Shown here: in pieces, positions 1-7,038 of the stretch
Layout of the letters: each line of letters opens with the position of its first letter
Numbering within the stretch: the stretch's first letter is position 1
Assembly: GCA_038520955.1 (NCBI GenBank)
Contig: JBCBKZ010000001.1
Location: forward strand, 1-32,049
Reading direction: 5' to 3'
DNA: 32,049 nt
From: Bacteroidota bacterium
GTDB taxonomy: Bacteria; Bacteroidota; Bacteroidia; J057
Notes under the pieces: model-generated
Told to the model about the DNA's origin: nothing
The model's database searches: none
What the model saw: only the letters and a program-made list of their open reading frames with translations
Translations under genes and position numbers: made by a program

Positions 1-81
1 CAGAGAAAAAGGTCCTTTTTCTCTGAAACTTTCGCTTTGATAATATCGTAAGGATTTTTTAGGTAAAAATGTGGCGGGCGC

Positions 82-114
82 TTTGTATTTATCGAATAAA
101 AATAGGTACATTTG
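82..114 (+). promoter_or_regulatory. Candidate Bacteroidota sigma-A promoter for tRNA-Gln/prs (-33 TTTG at 82-85, -7 TACATTTG at 107-114)
   Basis: TACATTTG matches the Bacteroidetes -7 consensus TAnnTTTG. A TTTG lies 21 nt upstream. The site sits about 25 nt before the tRNA 5' end. Confidence 0.4.
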
Positions 115-139
115 CAGCCCGTTCATTGGATTACGGTAT

Positions 140-211
140 TGACCTGTAGTATAATTGGCAGTACAGCGGATTTTGGTTCCGTTAGTCGGGGTTCGAGTCC
201 CTGCAGGTCAA
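140..211 (+). tRNA. tRNA-Gln (anticodon UUG)
   Basis: Hand-folded cloverleaf. Acceptor stem tgacctg/caggtca, D stem gtat/gtac, anticodon stem gcgga/tccgt with loop ttTTGgt. T arm is cgggg-ttcgagt-ccctg. Discriminator is A and no CCA is encoded. Total length 72 nt. Confidence 0.9.
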
Positions 212-218
212 CTTAAGT

Positions 219-1151
219 ATGGCATCGCAGATTAAAATATTTTCAGGGACCGCTTCAAGGTATTTAGCTGAAAAGATTTGTGATTTCTTTGGTTCTCCCC
301 TTGGGAAGGTAAATGTAGAGAGGTTTAAGGATGGGGAGATGCAGATAACTTATGAGGAGTCCATTAGGGGCTCCGATATTTTTATAGTACAGTCTACTTT
401 CACCCCGGCAGAAAACATGATGGAGCTTTTGCTCCTGATAGATACTGCAAGACGTGCTTCTGCAAACCAAATCATTGTGGTCATGCCCTATTTTGGGTAT
501 GCAAGGCAAGACAGGAAATTCAAATCCAGAGTATCCTTAGGGTCAAAGTTGATGGCAAACCTGCTGGTAGCAGCAGGAGCAGACAGAATACTGACAATGG
601 ATCTGCATGCCGGACAGATACAGGGTTTCTTTGATATACCATTTGATCATCTATTTGCGTCCGTAGTGTTCCTCCCTTACCTGAGGAGCCTGGGTCTCGA
701 AAATCTTTGTATTGCTTCTCCTGATGTAGGAGGATCAGAAAGAGCCAGAGCCTACGCGAAAAGACTGGAGAATGCTTCCCTGGCCATCATTGACAAGCAT
801 AGAGATAAACCTAATGAGGTGGCTTCTATGACAGTGATAGGAAATGTGGAAGGAAAGAATGTAGTACTGGTAGATGATCTGATAGATACAGCAGGGACAT
901 TGTGCAAAGCAGGAGAGGTGATTATGGAGCAGGGCGCATTGTCAGTGAGAGCGGTAGCAACACACCCTATTTTGTCTGGGCCTGCTTATGATAGAATAGC
1001 TTCCTCTAAATTGAGTGAAGTAGTGGTGAGTGACACCATACCTTTACAAAAAGAACTGGATAACCTGAAGGTCATTAGCATAGCACCTATTTTTGCAAAA
1101 GCCTTCAGAAAAATTCATAATTACGAGTCCATAAGCTCATTGTTTGTTTGA
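219..1151 (+). CDS. prs: Ribose-phosphate pyrophosphokinase (PRPP synthetase)
   Basis: 310 aa. Start MASQIKIFSG, then the DLHAGQIQGFFDIP and VLVDDLIDTAGT PRPP-binding loop, typical of class I Prs. Confidence 0.95.
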   Translation: MASQIKIFSGTASRYLAEKICDFFGSPLGKVNVERFKDGEMQITYEESIRGSDIFIVQSTFTPAENMMELLLLIDTARRASANQIIVVMPYFGYARQDRKFKSRVSLGSKLMANLLVAAGADRILTMDLHAGQIQGFFDIPFDHLFASVVFLPYLRSLGLENLCIASPDVGGSERARAYAKRLENASLAIIDKHRDKPNEVASMTVIGNVEGKNVVLVDDLIDTAGTLCKAGEVIMEQGALSVRAVATHPILSGPAYDRIASSKLSEVVVSDTIPLQKELDNLKVISIAPIFAKAFRKIHNYESISSLFV

Positions 1152-1163
1152 TAAATAAACACG

Positions 1164-1775
1164 ATGAAAACTACTGATTTAAACGTTTTTCCTCGTACTG
1201 ATATAGGAAAAAGACATACGAAAACTCTGAGGAGAGAAGGAAAAGTTCCCGCTGTCATTTATCGCAACAGTGAGGTAGACCACATCACAGTAGATGCCAA
1301 GGAGGTTCGCCCTGCGGTATACACTGCTGAAACGTACATAGTGAAGTTAAACATGGATGGAAAAGTGACGGATGCAGTTATCCGTGGCATTGACTTCCAT
1401 CCAGTTACTGAAAAGATAGAGCACATAGAGTTCTTACAGGTGTCTGATGACAAGCCTGTGGTACTTACACTGCCATTAGAACTTACAGGAACTCCTAAAG
1501 GGGTAATTACAGGGGGTAAGCTTCTGATCAAGCAAAGAAAGATCAAGGTAAAAGGATTTGCTTCCAAGCTTCCTGAAAGAATTACCCTTGACGTATCTGA
1601 GCTTGAACTAGGAGATACCATTAAAGTAAATGCGATTGAGGCTGGAGATTTCCAGATCATGACCTCTCCTTCTGCAGCTGTAGCCAGCGTTGAGATTCCA
1701 CGTTCACTTCGTTCTGCTACTTCTAAAGCAGGAGGTGGCGATGATGAAGATGGTGCTGAAGAAGAAGTTGAATAA
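1164..1775 (+). CDS. rplY: 50S ribosomal protein L25 / general stress protein Ctc
   Basis: 203 aa. The N-terminal RxxxGKxxxRxLRRxGxVPAViY motif and an acidic C-terminal tail are typical of long-form L25/Ctc. The prs-rplY-pth order is conserved synteny. Confidence 0.92.
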   Translation: MKTTDLNVFPRTDIGKRHTKTLRREGKVPAVIYRNSEVDHITVDAKEVRPAVYTAETYIVKLNMDGKVTDAVIRGIDFHPVTEKIEHIEFLQVSDDKPVVLTLPLELTGTPKGVITGGKLLIKQRKIKVKGFASKLPERITLDVSELELGDTIKVNAIEAGDFQIMTSPSAAVASVEIPRSLRSATSKAGGGDDEDGAEEEVE

Positions 1776-1801
1776 ATAGAAATATCAAATTGTTTGTATA
1801 T

Positions 1802-1828
1802 GGCCAACTCTTGTAGTTGGCCTTTTTT
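1802..1828 (+). terminator. Rho-independent-type hairpin plus T-run after rplY
   Basis: Stem ggccaact (1802-1809) pairs with agttggcc (1815-1822), followed by tttttt at 1823-1828. It lies only 5 nt before the pth ATG. Confidence 0.55.
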
Positions 1829-1833
1829 GTCTT

Positions 1834-2397
1834 ATGAAATACCTCATCGTCGGATTAGGAAATATAGGAGAGCAGTATAGAGATACTCGCCATAATATCG
1901 GCTTTATGGTGATAGAGAAGATATTGGCGGAGAAAGAGACCAAGGTAGAGCTGGTGAGACATGCTTATAAGGCTACCGTCAAGCATAAAGGCCGTCAGTT
2001 GGTCCTCATCATGCCTACTACCTTCATGAACCTTAGCGGAAAAGCCGTTCGCCACCACATGAAGGAAGAAAAGCTCACCTCTGACAAGGTCCTCATCATC
2101 ACAGATGACCTGGCACTCCCTTTCGGGAGACTGAAGCTCAGACCTAAAGGATCTGCAGGTGGACATAACGGACTCAAGGACATAGAAGAAAAGCTCAACA
2201 CCAGAGAGTACCCTCGCCTCCGCATAGGCATAGACGACAATTACTCCAAAGGCCGACAAGTAGATTATGTCCTTTCTCCCTTCACAGAGGACGAAATGGC
2301 CGGCATAGATGAAGTAATAGACCGTTCCGTAAAAGGAGTCTATGCCTTTGCCACCATCGGCATAGACAAAGCCATGAATGAGGTGAACAAAAAGTGA
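1834..2397 (+). CDS. pth: Peptidyl-tRNA hydrolase
   Basis: 187 aa. Contains LIVGLGNIGxxYxxTRHNIGF, the MNLSG motif and GGHNGLKDI, which are canonical Pth signatures. Confidence 0.95.
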   Translation: MKYLIVGLGNIGEQYRDTRHNIGFMVIEKILAEKETKVELVRHAYKATVKHKGRQLVLIMPTTFMNLSGKAVRHHMKEEKLTSDKVLIITDDLALPFGRLKLRPKGSAGGHNGLKDIEEKLNTREYPRLRIGIDDNYSKGRQVDYVLSPFTEDEMAGIDEVIDRSVKGVYAFATIGIDKAMNEVNKK

Positions 2398-2440
2398 TCA
2401 ATAGCCCTGGAGTTAATCCCCAGAACTATTGGTTTGATCA

Positions 2441-2725
2441 TGTAGCGAAAAATCTTTCGCCTATGCTATCATCCTAAGGGTAGGCATGCCTTGTCGCAAC
2501 CCACTCCTAAAATAAGCCCATAGGGCTGGAACCTCCGTAGAAAAAATATGATGCCATAATAGAGCCCGGTACGGGCGACACCTATAGCTTTCGCCTCTAT
2601 GAGGCTTGATTACCGCATTTGTGTACCTACAAATTTCTCGCTCCTCTGGAGCTGAGGGGTATTATATTCTGGAATGGGGGATTTCTGGAGGAACTGTTTA
2701 GAGACGTGATGCATCTCGTCTCTAC
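2441..2725. repeat. Multi-hairpin intergenic repeat module, copy A (REP/BIME- or MITE-like)
   Basis: A chain of short palindromes: gcgaaaaatctttcgc, agcccatagggct, gcccggtacgggc, gctcctctggagc. It ends in a 26-bp imperfect palindrome, tagagacgtgatgcatctcgtctcta (2699-2724). It is collinear with 3761-4091. Confidence 0.75.
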
Positions 2726-2743
2726 ATTCAAATCCTACGACAG

Positions 2744-3223
2744 TTAAAACAGTCCATTGTTGTTAGCCTTTTTCCCGCCAGCCAGCAACGCAAATAACTT
2801 CATAGAACCATCTATAGGCTGAAGGGCATCCCAGTGCTCCACAATCTGACCATCCACAACTCTCCATATATCCACGATATTGAGCCCTTTATCAGGGTTT
2901 CCGAGATGCGCTTTTTTGATGGTAGCGTGAGAATGAAAAGTTACAAAATCTCCATCAGCGTAAATATGTTTCACATCATATGAGAATTCCGGGAATTTTT
3001 TGGCAAAGCCTTCCATGTAGGTGAGTATTCCTTCCATTCGGTCAGGAATACTTCGGTTATGTTGGACATAATCACTATGCCCATAGGTATTCCGGACATA
3101 GGTAAAATCGTGATCATTCATCAGGTTTTGGACAAAGTCCGTAATCAAGGCAACATTCTTAACCTCCTGCTCTGACCAATTACTTTTGGTTAATGTATTG
3201 GATGGAATGGTGAGTGTACTCAT
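2744..3223 (-). CDS. SnoaL-like / NTF2-fold protein (predicted ester cyclase family)
   Basis: 159 aa. Size and pattern (YxxxxYxQHN ... DGDxVxxH ... DIxRVxDGxIVEHWD) are typical of SnoaL-like cyclase-fold proteins. It is divergently paired with an HxlR regulator. Confidence 0.75.
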   Translation of the reverse strand: MSTLTIPSNTLTKSNWSEQEVKNVALITDFVQNLMNDHDFTYVRNTYGHSDYVQHNRSIPDRMEGILTYMEGFAKKFPEFSYDVKHIYADGDFVTFHSHATIKKAHLGNPDKGLNIVDIWRVVDGQIVEHWDALQPIDGSMKLFALLAGGKKANNNGLF

Positions 3224-3284
3224 AACTTATTTTGTTTATGTAATTGAGAATGTAGTTGGATCGATTTTCATAAATAATACTAAC

Positions 3285-3333
3285 TTGCAAAATGCAATTG
3301 AGCACAATTTATGAACTCAATTGCAAAATGCAA
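3285..3333. promoter_or_regulatory. Two identical 13-bp palindromes TTGCAAAATGCAA (3285-3297, 3321-3333), a candidate HxlR operator pair
   Basis: Two exact copies with starts 36 bp apart lie in the 118-bp divergent intergenic region. The second ends 8 nt before the HxlR ATG. TTGCA/TGCAA are inverted half-sites. Confidence 0.45.
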
Positions 3334-3341
3334 GTGAGTAA

Positions 3342-3746
3342 ATGAAAAAAATTAATATGCGTTCGGATTGTCCGGTGAGTTACGCCCTGGATTTCTTTGG
3401 GGACAAGTGGACATTCCTGGTGATTAGGGACCTCATCTTTGAAGACAAAAGGTTTTTCAAGGACTTCCTGAAGTCCAAGGAGAAAATCGCCAGCAACATT
3501 CTCTCAGACCGACTAAAACGCTTGGAAAGTATAGGCGTCATAGAATCCAAAGTGTTTGAACAGCTCAAAACCCAGAAGGAATATTCTCTCACCCAAAAGG
3601 GAAAGGACCTGGTCCCCGTTTTGATAGAAATGATGCTTTGGTCAGCTAAGCACCATGACGGCCTGGCCCTCACCCCAGAATTCATCCATAAAGCCACCAC
3701 AGATCGGGAGACAGTCATAGCTAACATCATGGCACGCTTAGGCTGA
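3342..3746 (+). CDS. HxlR-family winged-helix transcriptional regulator
   Basis: 134 aa. The CPVxxALDxxGDKWTxLVIRDL start and LSDRLKxLExxGVI recognition region are typical of the HxlR/DUF24 family. Confidence 0.88.
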   Translation: MKKINMRSDCPVSYALDFFGDKWTFLVIRDLIFEDKRFFKDFLKSKEKIASNILSDRLKRLESIGVIESKVFEQLKTQKEYSLTQKGKDLVPVLIEMMLWSAKHHDGLALTPEFIHKATTDRETVIANIMARLG

Positions 3747-3760
3747 TCCCATCTATTCAA

Positions 3761-4351
3761 AGTAGTGGCGAAAAATATTTCGCCTTAGCTTCTATATGGC
3801 CAGAAAGGAATCCCATTTACAGGGGATGTTGCCAGTGTGAAGAGGCTAACCAAGGCATACCTTGTCCCAACCCACTCCAAAAAATAAGCCCATAGGGTTG
3901 TCATCTTCGTAGATAAAAAGCTGCTATCAGATAGCCCGGTACGGGCGGCATATTTAGGTTCCGCCTCTATGAGGCTTGATTATTACATCTGTATATCTAC
4001 AAATGTCTCGCTCCTATGGAGCTGTGTATTCTATTCTGTAAATGTGGATTTAGAAGGAACGGTGTAGAGACGCGATGCATCGCGCCTCTACCTAGCATGC
4101 ATAAATCCGTTTTCGGCTATGCAGTAGCCAAACCTAGCTCATGCCCTGATTTATCATGTATAGCATCTTGTGAATGGCAGGCGGAAGATTTTCCGCCTCT
4201 ACATAACATACATAGAACGTATAAAATCGTTTCCGGCTCTGTAGGAGCCCAAACACACTAGCCCGTCAGGGCATCATATAGCATGGCTCCATAGGAGCCA
4301 AACCTATAGCTGGCTTAGGATGCCTTTTGCAGAAGGTCGATTGTATCGACC
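3761..4351. repeat. Multi-hairpin intergenic repeat module, copy B, plus additional hairpin array
   Basis: 3761-4091 is collinear with 2441-2725. Shared blocks include ccttgtc-caacccactcc, aataagcccataggg, agcccggtacgggcg, cgcctctatgaggcttgatta, ctacaaat-tctcgctcct and gatgcatc. It ends in a 28-bp near-perfect palindrome, gtagagacgcgatgcatcgcgcctctac (4064-4091). 4092-4351 adds more hairpins: ggctatgcagtagcc, ggcggaagattttccgcc (4180-4197), ggctctgtaggagcc, ggctccataggagcc, ggtcgattgtatcgacc (4335-4351). Confidence 0.75.
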
Positions 4352-4470
4352 GTCGAGAGACATACCGCAACCATCCCCAAAATTATATCCAAAAACGGAT
4401 GTTACCTTCTGCCAAAAATATTCATTAACTTGGTAGAAAGCTCCCTAACGTACTTTCTGGAATTACCAAT

Positions 4471-5451
4471 ATGTCTGAAAACGCTTCCGCCCAATCCTCA
4501 AATGGGCTTAACTACATTATAGACCCTGATCTTAAATCTGCTGTAGAAGTAGCGCTGGATTTAGGAATGCCTTTGCTGGTTACTGGAGAACCAGGTACAG
4601 GTAAAACCAAGCTAGCTCGCTATGTAGCAGAAGAAATGCTGGGCACCGACCTGCTTGAGTTTAATACCAAAACTACTTCCAAGGCCAAAGATCTGTTATA
4701 TCGCTATGATGCCTTATCTCACTTTAGAGATACCCAAATAGAAAAGGTAAAGCGCAATCCCATGGAGTACGTAGAGTTTGCTGCTATGGGAAAAGGGATC
4801 ATTGAATCTCCGAGCAAACGCTATGTGGTTTTGGTAGATGAGATTGACAAAGCGCCCAGAGACTTTCCTAATGATGTGCTGTTTGAATTTGATGAGATGG
4901 CCTTTAAGGTGGATGAAGCCAGTATGGAGAATCTAAAAGACTGGCACAGTAAGCATGCAGAATATAAGGAACTGGAAATAGACAAGCAGGGATTCTTCAG
5001 GACTAGTACGGAGATAGCTAAACGGCCTGTACTAATCCTCACCTCTAATTCTGAGAAAAACCTACCGGACGCATTCCTGAGGAGATGTGTCTATTACCAC
5101 ATTAGTTTCCCTCAACCAGAGAAGCTTAAAGAAATCGTACAAGCGAATGTAGACACCAGCGAATCCTTCACAGCGCATATGCTGGGAGCAGCAGTAAAAC
5201 ACTTTTACCAGATTCGTTCTCACAAACTGAAGAAACTACCTGCTACAGCAGAACTCCTTTCATGGATTAAGGTGCTTAAGAAGGCCAATATAGATATCAC
5301 CAAAGCCATGGATGGGGAGGATGATATATTTACCCACTTAAAGAGAGCTAATGTCATCCTCTTCAAAAATAAGGAAGACCTGGAGTGGGCAGATAAAAAC
5401 CTTCAGAAACTTATCACAGATACCATTTCATCTTTAGAGGCAGAATCCTAA
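4471..5451 (+). CDS. MoxR-like AAA+ ATPase (AAA_5-type)
   Basis: 326 aa. Walker A GEPGTGKT (nt 4585-4608), Walker B VVLVDEID (D123/E124 at 4837-4842), sensor-1-like LILTSN and an arginine-rich DAFLRRC segment. It is a single AAA+ module with an insert between Walker B and sensor 1, as in the MoxR/helix-2-insert clade. A 9-nt gap separates it from the next gene. Confidence 0.85.
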   Translation: MSENASAQSSNGLNYIIDPDLKSAVEVALDLGMPLLVTGEPGTGKTKLARYVAEEMLGTDLLEFNTKTTSKAKDLLYRYDALSHFRDTQIEKVKRNPMEYVEFAAMGKGIIESPSKRYVVLVDEIDKAPRDFPNDVLFEFDEMAFKVDEASMENLKDWHSKHAEYKELEIDKQGFFRTSTEIAKRPVLILTSNSEKNLPDAFLRRCVYYHISFPQPEKLKEIVQANVDTSESFTAHMLGAAVKHFYQIRSHKLKKLPATAELLSWIKVLKKANIDITKAMDGEDDIFTHLKRANVILFKNKEDLEWADKNLQKLITDTISSLEAES

Positions 5452-5460
5452 GCTTCTCAT

Positions 5461-7035
5461 ATGCCGAGCCAATACACAGAATTTTTACCCGCTGCTGTGC
5501 TTGCTTTTTCTAATGGAGAAAAGGAAGATGGAACCTATTTGGAGGTGTTGGATGACGAACGAGATGCTATTGGTCGCATCTTTAGGAATTCCAAGCTGAT
5601 CATACGCGAACAGATAGACCGACCTTTAGTGGCAGATATTGCCAGGGCTTTTGATAAGTACCATAGGTATGCGTGTATCTTCCATTATTCGGGTCATGCA
5701 TTTGGGGAAGGCCTCAGCCTGAAAGATGTGGAAGGGAAGGAACGTACAGCCTTTGTGAGTGGAACAGCCAGTCTGGTTAATTTCTACAAGAAGGTGAAAC
5801 TCGTCTTTCTAAATGGCTGCTCTACCCGTAAACAAATCAATTTCTTTCAGGATACGGCTAATCCTCCTGTAGTAATAGCTACCACTCGGCCAGTAAGAGA
5901 TGAAGTAGCTGCCTACTTCTCAGAAGCATTTTATGAAGCCTTTGTCAGTCAGGGACTAAGTGTGCAAGTTTCCTATGAGAAAGCCAAGGGACTACTGGAA
6001 GCCAACTTTGGTGATCCTAAACAGATATATAGGACCCTGATATTTGATAAAAAATCGCTCGAAGAAGACGCTTTTGATCCCTACATCATAGAAAGTAAGG
6101 ATAAAACGCTCTTGCATAAAACCCTCAAGGATTGGAAAGAGGAAATAGGGAGAATGGGAGGGAGCCAATCTCAGGAGATAGCCGAGGACGCCTACCTAAG
6201 CTGTAATCGTTACACCCAATGTCAGGACTTTAAAGAAGCCCTGGAAGAATTGCTGGATACTGAGAAAGCCTATCCTTTGGGCGTCTTCATTCAGGGGCCA
6301 TCAGAGGAAAGAGGCCACAAGCTGATAGAACGCTTTGTATCTCACGAAATTCCAGGCCTGTTAAGTACCCACCCTTCTACTTCGGGAGTGGAGGCAGTAT
6401 GGTTTGAGATAGACTTTCCTAAGGCGGTGGACTTTGAGCGGGAAAGAGAGAAGGGTAAAAGAGCCAGCAGAAAGCCCTTTCAGGGTCCTATGAAGGTGCT
6501 GATGGATAATCTCCGAAAAGAGACGGGCTGTTTTGACGCCACGGACTTATTAGAAGCCCAGGGAAGCCAGAGCCTGATCTGCCTGGAGCATAGGATACAG
6601 TTGCAGAATTGGGAGGCAGACATGAAGGGGTTTATCCAACATTATCTGCAGGAAGTTTGGGCCAATGTGCTTGAGGGTAATTCTCCTGGACTGATCGTAT
6701 TCTTCAATCTCACTTATCTAAAATCTGAAAAAGGCCTTGGGAAATTCCTGCCTATCTTTTCCTCAGAGCATAAAAAAGTGGAAAAGGCTTTCCAGCAAAT
6801 TCAGGAGCAACTATCAGATTCCACCGTAATCCTGGAAAAACTACAAGCGGTCCCTGCAGGAGAAATAGATGACTGGATCTCAGATAAGCTAAGAGATGAA
6901 CCTACCCTTTTTCAGGACAGGTTTAGCAAGCAGAAAAGCTGGAGCATGGCCAAGATCGAGAAAATTCTCACGGAAGTAATCAAAGGGATAAGGCAGCGAG
7001 CCCTCCAGCAGGAGAAAGCTACGGTTCCTGTCTAG
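5461..7035 (+). CDS. Caspase-like (CHAT-type) protease domain fused to a degenerate P-loop/STAND-like module
   Basis: 524 aa. The N-terminal ~200 aa show the CHAT/caspase pattern IFHYSGHA (His79, nt 5695-5697) ... VKLVFLNGCST (Cys120, nt 5818-5820) ... VVIATTRPVRDEVAAYFSEAFY. The C-terminal half has a strand-loop-helix, GVFIQGPSEERGHKLIERFV, where a Walker A would sit but without GK[ST]. A 3-nt gap separates it from the next gene. Confidence 0.65.
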   Translation: MPSQYTEFLPAAVLAFSNGEKEDGTYLEVLDDERDAIGRIFRNSKLIIREQIDRPLVADIARAFDKYHRYACIFHYSGHAFGEGLSLKDVEGKERTAFVSGTASLVNFYKKVKLVFLNGCSTRKQINFFQDTANPPVVIATTRPVRDEVAAYFSEAFYEAFVSQGLSVQVSYEKAKGLLEANFGDPKQIYRTLIFDKKSLEEDAFDPYIIESKDKTLLHKTLKDWKEEIGRMGGSQSQEIAEDAYLSCNRYTQCQDFKEALEELLDTEKAYPLGVFIQGPSEERGHKLIERFVSHEIPGLLSTHPSTSGVEAVWFEIDFPKAVDFEREREKGKRASRKPFQGPMKVLMDNLRKETGCFDATDLLEAQGSQSLICLEHRIQLQNWEADMKGFIQHYLQEVWANVLEGNSPGLIVFFNLTYLKSEKGLGKFLPIFSSEHKKVEKAFQQIQEQLSDSTVILEKLQAVPAGEIDDWISDKLRDEPTLFQDRFSKQKSWSMAKIEKILTEVIKGIRQRALQQEKATVPV

Positions 7036-7038
7036 GCT

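Noticed and set aside
1-25. Perfect hairpin cagagaaaaagg-tcc-tttttctctg at the window start as a feature
   Set aside because: It is probably the terminator of an upstream gene outside the window. Without that context it cannot be assigned, so it is not listed as a feature.
1259-1807. Long antisense ORFs opposite well-supported genes (1259-1807, 1855-2259, 3380-3760, 22355-22680, 27493-27867, 15559-15861 and others in the track)
   Set aside because: These are shadow ORFs on the opposite strand of strongly conserved genes (rplY, pth, HxlR, leuC, rpsL, OmpA). Their composition is low-complexity or Ser/Leu-rich and they carry no recognisable motifs.
4016-4261. 81-aa ORF in the intergenic region upstream of the AAA+ gene
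   Set aside because: It lies entirely within the hairpin repeat array. Its translation (for example VETRCIAPL) simply reads through palindromes, so it is a repeat artefact rather than a gene.
2441-4351. CRISPR array
   Set aside because: The repeats are heterogeneous palindromes without a single repeat unit at regular spacing. No cas genes are present.
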